Shown one piece after another: positions 9,038 through 19,600 of a stretch of DNA of 64,000 nucleotides (its first letter is position 1; each line of letters starts with the position of its first letter). The translations under genes and the position numbers were made by a program. The DNA is taken from contig CAVRAL010000001.1 in the NCBI GenBank assembly GCA_963719085.1, forward strand, positions 1,088,001-1,152,000, given 5' to 3'. The DNA is from a candidate division FCPU426 bacterium (GTDB lineage Bacteria > Oederibacteriota > Muellerivitia > Muellerivitales > Muellerivitaceae). Below the pieces are notes generated by a model. The model worked only from the letters and a program-made list of their open reading frames with translations. It made no database searches and was not told the DNA's origin.

Positions 9038-9757
9038 TTAGGGCATCGTGATGTTATTGGTCAACAGCGTCACTTCGCCGGTCTGTGACAAGGCCCGGCC
9101 CACCAGAACCGCGCCGGCGGCAAAGGTGATGTCCGTATGAGCCATCACGGTTCCCTTGAAGGACGTCGTGGTGTTAAAGGCGCAGCCGCTGCCCACTTGC
9201 CAGAAAACGTTGGAAGCTTGCGCGCTTCCGGTCAAGATGACTTTGCGTCCGGGACCTGTCGTCAGGGTCGAGGCGATCTGGAAAATAAAGACGGCGTCCG
9301 GGTTGCCCAAACCATCCAAAGTCAGGTCTCCCGACGATATCTCAAGCGAACCGGTTGATTTATAGAGCCCTGGATAAAGTGTTTGGCCCCCCAAATTACC
9401 GGAAACCGACGCGGGCGTAACCCTTCCCGCGGCATTGTTGTAAGCCGTGGTCAAATCCCCTTGAGCGATCGACGCGGCGCCGTTGGCCACATCCGAAACC
9501 CCCGAGCAATTGATCACCCACTGCGTTCCCGTCACCGAGCTGCCCGGATATTCGCCCAGTCCCCCGCAAAGAGTGACCGGACCGCTTTCCGTGATGGTGG
9601 TGGAAGCGAGGACCACGTAATTCGCCGCCGCCCCAAGCGTCACCGGCGCCTGAACGGATTGAACCGTCCCCAGGCCCGCGGGACTACCGGAACAACCCGC
9701 GATCAAACCGGCTGACATTAATAATGGCGCGACCAAAAAACCTTTGAATTTTTTCAC
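9038..9757 (-). CDS. Ice-binding-type protein (DUF3494 / IBP-1 fold), lipoprotein
   Basis: LGAAANYVVLA, AQGDLTTAYNNAAGR, LGGQTLYPGLY, LTLDGLGNPDAVFIFQI, ASNVFWQVGS and GRAL motifs. Lipobox IAG-C. Start set to GTG 9757. Confidence 0.9.
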   Translation of the reverse strand: MKKFKGFLVAPLLMSAGLIAGCSGSPAGLGTVQSVQAPVTLGAAANYVVLASTTITESGPVTLCGGLGEYPGSSVTGTQWVINCSGVSDVANGAASIAQGDLTTAYNNAAGRVTPASVSGNLGGQTLYPGLYKSTGSLEISSGDLTLDGLGNPDAVFIFQIASTLTTGPGRKVILTGSAQASNVFWQVGSGCAFNTTTSFKGTVMAHTDITFAAGAVLVGRALSQTGEVTLLTNNITMP

Positions 9758-10034
9758 ACTCACCGTTCCTAAGAATTTTTTATGAAGGTTACAGGGGAGG
9801 TTAAAGCAAGGAACGTGCCTCGAAGGTCGGAGGCCAAAGCTTGGATAAATCGAGCAAAAGCGGGGCTTCCCGTGATTTAAAAAAATGGGAACGATCCAAA
9901 GAACCGCGGCGTCAATCAAAACGAGGCTCTCGATTATCGTTTTGATCGCCCCGACAAAAAGTCGAATTAAAACAGGGCCGGGTATGAAAACGGAAGCGGC
10001 GCCCCGCAGGAAGCCGGCGCGGGATCCCCGCGGT

Positions 10035-10547
10035 TTAGGGCAAAGCCTTCCAAACCCGGCCGGGCGCGGCGGGAAGCGAATCCATGTGTTTCAGGAAAAG
10101 AGTGATTTCCCAAATTTGCTCATCGGTGAGGGTTTGGCTGAAACCGGGCATCCCAGTCAAGCGGATCCCGTGTTTGATCTTCCAAAAAGGCGCGCCATCC
10201 GGGTCATCCTCCACACCCTCCCGGGCCAATTGGGGGGCGGGTTGGAAAAGCCCCACGGCAATGTTGGACGCCTTCGCGTCGGAATAACCGTGGCAGACCG
10301 CGCAATTCATGGAATAGAGCCGGATTCCATCAATCAAATGAGAATCCGTGAGGGCCACGGGGTTGGGCCCTTGGGGGGCTTCCCGTTTTAAGGTTGCCCG
10401 AAGGGATGTGTGCGCCGCCCAGCTTTCAAAAAAACCGGGCTTGCCGTCCGCGTTGGCCGGCATGAATCCCAGAATGATAAAAAAATAAACTCCCAAGACA
10501 CCCAGAACCAAAGTCAGCGCGATTCCGATCGCTATTCCCTTGAGCAT
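10035..10547 (-). CDS. Membrane-anchored monoheme c-type cytochrome
   Basis: One CAVCH heme motif, FWKIKHGIRLTGMPGF (Met ligand) and an N-terminal TM. ATG 10547 with AGGA RBS. Confidence 0.9.
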   Translation of the reverse strand: MLKGIAIGIALTLVLGVLGVYFFIILGFMPANADGKPGFFESWAAHTSLRATLKREAPQGPNPVALTDSHLIDGIRLYSMNCAVCHGYSDAKASNIAVGLFQPAPQLAREGVEDDPDGAPFWKIKHGIRLTGMPGFSQTLTDEQIWEITLFLKHMDSLPAAPGRVWKALP

Positions 10548-10645
10548 TGTTTTTTCCTGTTCCGGCCGAACTAAAGCCGATGGTTTGAAGCGTCTTGCTT
10601 GTCCGCCGCGGACAACATAAAGAACAACCAGACCGTTCGTCCAAT

Positions 10646-10672
10646 AAAAAAGCCGTTCCATGTCGGAACGGC
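10646..10672 (-). terminator. Intrinsic terminator of the autotransporter gene
   Basis: GCCGTTCC-N5-GGAACGGC followed by T6 on the minus strand. Confidence 0.8.
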
Positions 10673-10699
10673 CTCCGAAAGCTTTTATTCCATCCCATT

Positions 10700-13600
10700 T
10701 CAGAAGCCGAGATTCACCCCGCCCGAGAAGTTTTGCGCGGCGTAATGGGTCATACCCAACTTATTTTGATAATCCACGTGGACATTCAGGTTTTTGGCGA
10801 ACTCCGCGTTAAGCCCGACCCCCAAGATCGCCGCGTCGGTTCCGGTGGCGGCCCCGCTCACCGTAAAGTCGTTGCCCGATCCCAAGTTGGCCGTCAGGCT
10901 GTCGTCATTTCCTTCGTACAAGTGCTCCCAAGCCGCGCTCAAAGAAGGCGAAAACTTCACTCCACCCGCCGTCCAAACCCGGCTCAATTGAACGCCCAAG
11001 TCGCTGCTCAAATAGCCCTCGCCTTGGGCGGCGTAAGTCAAAGGCGACGCCGAACCCTTTTCGATGAATCCGTTCACATTCACTTGGGTGAATTGGCCCG
11101 AGAGCGACGGGCTGATCGTCAAGCCGTCGGTTTCCCAATCAAATCCCAGGTTGGCCTGGCCTGTCATTTGGGTTCCGGAGGCGCTTCCGTTGGCCGCCCC
11201 GCCGAGGGAGGCGCGCTCCGTGCCGTAGTTGTCGATGCCGGCTTCCACCAAACCATTGAGATGAAGGTCGGCTTGTTTGAACCCGGCGAAAACTCCCAAC
11301 TGGCCGCCCGTCACATTCACCGTTCCGGTCGATTGGCTGGAACCGGATTGAGTGTAGCCCAGCATCAATCCGCCCATGAGATCCTTGCCCAGTCGGGTCT
11401 GAAGGCCCGCCATCGTGCCTCCGGTGGAAAACTGATAACCGGCGCCATTGCCGTCGCCCGTCACGGTCCCGAAATCACCCAACCCGCTCACGAACACGTT
11501 CCAGGCCGGGCCGGCGTTTTCCAACCCCTGCGCCATCCGGGCTTCCTGCCCCGCCGGCAGGTTTCCCGCGAACCTCGGTCCGTTCGTATTCCAAGCCGCC
11601 GAGCGCGAGCCCTCCTCCAATCCCAGCCCGTCCCAGAAGTTTGAAATTTGCCGGCCGATGAGTCCGGCTTCCATCTGTGAATTCGAGAATCCAATCTTAA
11701 AGATCGGCGTCAGGCCGTCCGGCGACAACAAGTTGTAAATTCCCGGCAAAGCGCTGTCCGGATGGGAATTGAGAATATTGAGTAAGCCGGGGTCCAGTGA
11801 ATGGTCGTCCAAGAAATCCAAAACCCCCGCAACCGCTTTCTGGTTGGGCGTCAAGGCCAGATCCGAGAAAGTCGGGGCCACGATGGCCAAGGTCACCGCG
11901 CCGGTTCCGTAAATGACGGAAACAGAGGCGCTTGAAAGCGTGTCAAAAACCGAGGCGAAGGTCGTGCTTCCCAATCCCGCGGAATCCAAAATTTCAAAGG
12001 TCCGGCTTCCCCGGGTCGTGGACACGATTTCCAAGGCGCCGTCCAAGCTGGCCGTGCCGGTCACGTCCACCAAAACCGGCGAGGAATTACTCAGGCCCAA
12101 CCGCAGGGTCGCCCCGGCGGATTGGGTGTAATCGCCGCCCACGCTTAAGGTGAGCGGACCGTTGAGGGCCAAGGTGGCGTTGTTCACCACATCGCCGGAT
12201 CCAAGGGCGGTCGCGTTGCCGGCCGCCAGGGTACCGCCGGAAATCGTGGTGTCGCCGCTGTAGCTGTTGGCGCCGGACAGGGTCAAGGCCCCCGAACCTA
12301 GCTTTTCAAAACTCGCGTTGCCCGCGATCAATCCGCCGAAATTACCCGAGGAGGCTTGAATCTCGGCCGTACCGCCAATGACCGTGACCGAGCCCAATCC
12401 GCTCAAATCACCCAAGGCCAGCGACGCGGTTCCTGTCACCGAGCCCGAACCATCCAAACCTCCCTCGACCGCGAAAGAAGAATCCGAGTCCGCCAGATCT
12501 AAAGAAGTCAAGCTCACCGAGGCGTTGCCGCCCAAACCGTTGCTCACGCCCGTCGCTCCAGCCCCGCCTTCGGCCAAAAGCGAAGCGCCGTGATTCAACA
12601 TCATGTTCCCCGCGTCCAAGGAAGCCTTGCCGCCCTGTCCGCCCACGCTATCCGTGCTGTATCCACCCGCTCCGCCGGAAACCGTCAAACCTGCGGCATC
12701 AATCGAAACCGGACCCGCCACCGTGAGGACCGCGTCGCCGCCGTCCCCGCCGTCACCCGAGCCCGCGTTGTTCGAACCAGCGCCGCCGGCCACGACCATG
12801 CCGGCCGCCGAACCAATGGTTTGTCCCGCTTGGCCGTACGCATTGGACGTCAAAATGAGTTCGCCCAGACTGGCGATCGCGGTGCCGCCCGATGGGGCTA
12901 CGCCGCCCGCGCCATAGAAATCCAAGGCCAAACCGCCGGTCACGGACAGGGAGGCCGAGTCCACCGTCACCCCTCCATCCACCGTCAGGGCGGCCGATCC
13001 GCTCACGACGCCCAATTGATCCCCGTAATATCCCGACCCTACCTGTCCGCCGGAAACCGTGAACTGGGAAGTGTTGAACGCCGAAGTCAGGTAAAGGTTT
13101 TGGCCGATGGAAACAAAGCCATCGCCTCCCGATCCGCCCAGGTAGGAACCGCTGCCGCCGTACCCTCCCGCCGCGTAAAAATGGCTGGAATCAATCGAAA
13201 CCGATCCATCGGTGGCCAAAGCCGCCAAACCGCCGTTGCCGGCGTTATCACTGTTATAGTCCTGCGCGCCCGCGCCCCCGGTCACGGAAAAGCTGGAGGT
13301 CAAAGCGGGCGACGTTGTTACGGGATCCGAAGTTTCCACCAGGCTTCCCAGGGTCACCCAAGCGTTTCCGCCGTTGGATTCGGTCGCTCCGGTATCACCG
13401 AGGCCGTAATACGAGTCCCCTCCTTGCGCGACGAAAATAGATGAATCCATCGACACGGGACCATGGATCGAGACCGCCGCGTCCCCACCGGGGCCGGAGT
13501 CGCCATTGAAATTGTCGTAAGAGCCATATCCACCGTAAACCCCGACGATTGACTGACTGCCAAGGGCCAGCCCCGTCGCCTGGTAGTTGTTGGAGGTGAT

Positions 13601-16600
13601 GACCAGTTGGCCGGCGCTCAGAAAAGCGTTTCCGCCCGCCCCTTCGACTTGGCTGTTCACCCCTCCGCCAGAATTGCCCGAGCCGCCATCCACATAGAGC
13701 CCGCTTGAATCCACGGAAACGGCCCCGCCCACTCCCAGGCTTGCCGCGCCGCCGGAACCGGCCACACCCGGGCTGTAATAGGTAAGATCGGCGCCCGCGC
13801 TTCCCCCGGCGACGGTGAAATTCGAACCATCGTTATTCGCTGTCATCGTAAGGTTCGATCCGATGGTGACGAAGGCGCCCCCGCCGTCGCCGCCGGTCAC
13901 ATTGTCCGTGGAGCCTCCGCTGCCGCCATAAATATTGGCCGCGCTGGAATCCATCGACACGGATCCCGAAACCGTTAAAGCGCCCTGGCCCCCGGTCCCA
14001 GCCGTGTTTAAATAGTGGTTGTCGGATCCCGCCCCGCCCGAAATATTGAGAACTGTTTGAAATCCGTATTGACCGAACAAATCGCTGGTGAGCAAAAGGT
14101 TCGTGGTGGAAACCACGCCGTCCCCCCCGTTATCGGCCGGGACCGTTCCGCCGAAAATGTTTCCGCTCCCGCCCGCCACATTCACCGCGGACGTATCAAT
14201 CGACACGGATCCTGAAACCGTCAAGCGGGCGCCGCCGTTGGTCCCGTCACCCAGGGCGTAGCCAACACCGTCGCCGCCGCCAAACAAATCGAAGGTCGAA
14301 ATATTTTGGCTCGATGTCACGATGAAATTCTGCCCGATGGTCGCCGTGGCGTTCCCGCCGCTCCCCCCCACCGCGTCATTGTTATTACCGCCGTTGCCGG
14401 CGGTAAAATTCGCGTTGGCCGAATCCACCGAAACTCCCGCGCCAGCCAAGAAAAGAACGTCACCGCCGTCACCCGCCGCGCCCAGGCCCGTGTCCGCGCC
14501 GCCGTTGCCGGCCTTTAAGTTAAAGGAAATGTTGTGGCCGTTGCCCGACACCACCAAGCTGTCCGTCCACAAGGTCGCGTCTCCACCCGCGCCCTCGGTT
14601 AGGCCCGCCGAACTCGTACCCGATCCGCCGTTGCCCGCGATCAAGTTGATATTGCCCGAATCGAAAAGTTCACCCGCCAGGGTCACGCCCAAAGAGCCGC
14701 CCGCGCCGCCCAAGGCCGACCCTTGGGTATTTGATCCGCCGTTGCCGGCATTGACGTTCAAACTGGCGGAATTGGTTGAATAGTCCACGATTAAATTGGA
14801 GCCAAGCGAAACCCAGGCGCTCCCGCCGTTCCCCGCCTGGCCGAAGGCGCTGTTGCCGCCTGACCCCGCGGCGACATTGAGATTGGTGGATTCCACCGTC
14901 ACGCCGCCCAGGTCCGACAAGGAAGCCGAGCCGCCCGAACCACCGATGCCGCTCACGCCTTCGCTTCCGCCGGAGCCGGCCAAAATCTCAAAACTCGGAT
15001 TATTGGATCCCGCCACGGTCAAGTTCCCCAAGGACACCGAGGCGCCGCCGCCCGAACCCTCCGTCACACCCGCCGCCGCGTCGCCGGATTGCCCGCCGCC
15101 GCCGACCACGCTGACCGTACCCGAGGCTACCGACACCGCGCCCGCGACGGTCAAGGCCGCCTCACCGCCGCTGCCGCCCACGCCCAAAAGATCGTTGGTG
15201 CCCGCGGTTCCTGCGGCGGCACCGCTCATGTAATTACTGCCGTTAATTTGGCCCGAACCAGGCGTTGCCGACGAACCCGCTTTGCCGCCATTGCCGCCCA
15301 AAACGTTGAACTGGGAGGCATCCGTCAATGTCAAAGCCATCAAGCCGGCGCCCGCATCGCCCCCCACGCCGCCCGAGCCGCTCACGTCATCGCTTCCAGC
15401 CGTCCCGCCCTTGACCAGGCTGCCATCAACATTCTGGGCGTCGGAAATCGCGTTGCCTCCCAGGCCGACAGCGCCGCCTTGTCCGCCTAGGCCGGCCGTA
15501 ACATTGAAAATGGAATTGTCCAGCGAAACCGCGCCCGCGGAAGCCTGAGCGTTGCCGCCGTCGCCGCCCGCGCCGCCCACGTCATCGCTCCCGCCGGCTC
15601 CACCCCGGAGGGTCGCTGCGTCATCATAAGTACTCCCATAGAAACTGAAAGGATTGGAAGTCAGCGTTCCGCCCATCCCCACGCCGGCGCCGGACCCGCC
15701 GGATCCGGCGGCGACCACGAGCGATCCGTTGGAGATCGAGGCAGCGCCCAAGGAGACCGAAGCCGAGCCGCCGTTGCTGCCCGCCGCTCCCGTGACCCCA
15801 TTGGCGCCCGGATTGCCCGTAAGATTGACCATGTAAAGCTCGCTTTGAGACAGGATCGCGGCGCCGCCGACCTGGGCCGGGGCCGAAAGGCCCGCGGCGC
15901 CCGAAACCGTGACGTGGGACGAGTCGATGGAAACCATTCCCGCCACCGTCAAAGCCGCGCTTCCACCCGCCCCCAAAGCTCCAGGCGTGTCCGCGTTCCC
16001 AAAGTTCCCGCTCACCGTGGAGGGATAGGAAGTCGAACCGGTGAACTGGGCCGTGCCCCACAAGCCCGCCCCGCCCCCTTGGCCGCCCGCGCCGCCGGTG
16101 ATATCGAGGGTCGAGCCGTCGTCCAGCGCCAAAGAACTGAAAGACACCGCCGCGCTCCCGCCATTGCCGCCCGCGCCGCCCACGTCACTGTTGCCGCCGT
16201 TGCCCGTCTGGGCCACGCCCTGATCGGAGCCGGCCAAGACCGCGTTGCCGCCGTCACCCGCGTCACCGCCGTTACCGCCCACGCCGGCGGAAATAGAAAG
16301 GGTTGAATCGTCCAGGGACACCGCGCCCGCCAAAACCGTCGCCGACCCGCCATTGCCGCCCGCGCCGCCCATGTCGCCATCACCCCCGATGCCGCCAACC
16401 TCGGTGGTCGCGTAGGAACTGCTCAGGGAATAGGCTGCGCCGCCGGTCCCGACGAAACCGCCGTTACCGCCCGCGCCAGCCGCCACGGTCATTTGGGAGC
16501 CATTCACGAGGGACAAGGATCCGAAGGTCGCCGCCGCGCCGCCGCCGTTACCACCGGCGCCAGCCGTGACACCGCTCTGCGCGTTTCCCGCCGCCAGGCT

Positions 16601-19600
16601 GATGGACTGGGTGTAATAGTCCGTCACCGAATCGCTTCCGATTCCGTTTGAAAGGCCCGCCGCGCCGGAAGCGCCCGCCACGGTCACCGTCGAGGCGTTC
16701 ACGGCGGCCAATCCCGACACCGCCAAGGAAGCGGAGCCGCCATTACCAGCCGCGCCGGGCTCATCATCGGCCCCCCCGATCCCATTGGTGACATTGTCCC
16801 CGCTATAGCGGGTGCCGAAGAAATAGGTTTGTCCGCCCAAGCCCGCCAAACCGCCGGTCCCCGCCGCGCCGCCCGTGACATTCAAGTTGGAATTCCCACT
16901 CAAGGACAAACCGCCCAAAACCAGGCTGGCGTCACCGCCGTTGCCGCCGTCGCCCCCCTGATTACCGTTGCCGCCGTCGCCCGTCACGGAGGTTTCGTTG
17001 CCATAGTCATGGCCAAAACTGACACTTCCCCCCAACCCGGCGTTGCCGCCATCGCCGCCCGCGCCGCCGGCCACTGAAAAGTCCGCGCCGTCCGTCATGG
17101 CCAGTGAGCTTAAAGTGACGCCCGCGTCGCCGCCGTTTCCGCCGTTGCCCCCCATATTGCCGTCGCCGCCTTGGCTGGCGTAGCCATCCCCGGGATTTCC
17201 GCCGTAAGCCCCCCCGAACCAATCGGATCCGCCATTGCCCGCGCCGCCACCATGGCCGCCCAAGCCGCCGGCCACCGTGAAGGTGGAATCATCGATTGAC
17301 ACCGACGCCGCGGTCACCGAAACCGAACCGCCGTCGCCACCCGCGCCGCCGGTATTGTCATCCCCCCCAACGCCGCTGGTGAAGGGACTGCCGTCAAAGT
17401 GGTTGTTTTCCGTGATCGACCCGCCGCTTCCAGCCTCCCCGCCGATGCCGCCCGCGCCGCCGGAAACTTGAAGTTGCGCCTGGTCCACCAAAGTGACCGC
17501 GCCTAAACCAGCCGTCAACGAACCACCCTGGCCGCCCGCCCCACCGTTATTGCCGCTACCGGCGTTTCCGCCAAACACCTGGGAACTATTTCCACCGGTC
17601 GGAAACAAAGCGGTGCCGCCCAAACCAGCCGCGCCGCCATCGCCGGCCGAGCCGCCGGCCAAGGTCAAGGCGGAATCATCGAGCGAAAGAACGCCCGTCT
17701 TAACCGTCACCGCCCCGCCCATTCCGCCCATCCCGCCGGTGTTGTCGTTGCCGCCGTTTCCAGCCGTATATTGGGAAGTCTCCGTGAAATAAAAGCTCTC
17801 GACCAATCCGCCCGAACCCGCGGCACCGCCCGTCCCGCCGCTCCCCCCCGTCACATTCACGCCATAACCACTGGCAACCGTCAAGGAACCCAGGCTCACC
17901 CCCGCCGCGCCACCCTCACCGCCCGACAAACCCAATTGGGAGTCCAAGCCGCTCCCCGACGTCAAGGTCACGCCCGTGGCGTAAGCCGGGTAGGTATTAA
18001 CCATGGTCGAGGCGCCCGCGCCCACGGAGCCCGCCGCCGCGCCGGCCCCGCCGGTAACGCTCACTCCGGTTGAATCCACAGCCACCGTGCCCGCGACCGT
18101 CAAGGCCGCCGCGCCGCCATTACCGCCTGAGCCCCCGAAATTATCCGCGCCTCCCGCGCCGCCCGTCAGCGCGAAGGTGGAATTGTTCAAGGAACTGGTG
18201 ATGGCCAAACTATTAAAGGAAGCCGAGACGTCGCCTCCATTGCCGCCGCCCAAGCCATTGCCCGTTCCGCCCGCGCCGCCCACGCCATTGAAGGAACTGG
18301 AATCCACCGACACCGCCGCAGCCAAGAGGGTGGCGTCCCCGCCGTTACCGCCCGCGCCGCCGGAATTATTGGAACCGTTGGTTCCCAGAATCCCGTTATT
18401 GCTCGAAGGCGAACTCCCGCCAAAGCTGAACCCGCCGCCGGTTCCGGCCAAACCACCGGTACCGCCCGCTCCGCCCATGAGACTCAAGTTTGAGCTATTC
18501 GTGAGGATAAGATCGCCCAGCGAAGCCAAAAGGTTTCCAGCATCGCCGCCCCGGCCCCCGGTATTGCCGTTGCCGCCGTTGCCGGCTGTCACATTATTAT
18601 TATCGACCACATTCCCGTAAAAGCTGACCGAACCGCCCGTTCCCGCCGCGCCGCCGTCGCCGCCCGCGCCGCCGGCCAGGCTTAAATTCGCGCCATTGTC
18701 CAAGTCCGTCGGGCCCAGGGTCACGGCCAAGTCCCCGCCGTTACCACCCGCCCCGCCGCTATTGCCGTTGCCGCCATTGCCGGCCAAGGCGCCCACCTTA
18801 AAGGCCCCAAAATGATCGGCCGTGATCGACCCGCCAACACCCGCCCCGCCGCCCGCGCCGCCGGAGGCACCGGCCCAATTGAGGTTGGTGCCTTCCAAAG
18901 AAACCGCGCCCACCGCGGCTGTGGCCGCGCCGCCATCGCCGCCTAAGCCTCCCAGGTTATCGTCGCCGCCATTACCCGCCACCAGGGTGGTGCCTTGGTT
19001 AGGATAGTAAGGGTCCGAAACGCCGCTGCCGTTGCCGGCCCCACCGCCTAATCCGCCCGAACCCGCCCGGGTAAACAGGGTCCCCGAATTGACCAAGTTC
19101 AAACCGCCCAAGCTGACCGACGCGCTTCCACCCGCGCCGCCTTGGGCGCCTTGGTTATCGCTGAAACCATCCACGCCGGATAAGTTGCCCGAGGAGTCGC
19201 TCACTTGGGAAGACCCCAACGCCAAAGCGCCCGACCCCACGTCACCCGCCCCGCCTCCGGCGCCGCCCACCACGCTGACCGTCCCGGCGTCCACGGTCAT
19301 CACACCCGTCGCGGTCAATCCCGCCGAACCGCCCTGGCCGCCGAGGTTGGCCCGCGCGTTGCCGCCCGCGCCGGCCACAATATTGAGGGCGCTGGAACCC
19401 ACCGAGACCGCCCCCGAAACCGTTAAAGAAGCGTCCCCTCCATTGCCGCCCGCGCCGCCGGTATTACTCACGCCGGCCCCGCCGACCGTCACCGCGTTGT
19501 AATAGAAATTAATGCCGGAGGGTTGAAGCTGCTCCGTGTCGCCGCCCAGCCCCGCGCCGCCGCCGTCGCCGCCGTCGCCGCCAACCAGGTTGAAGGTGGA

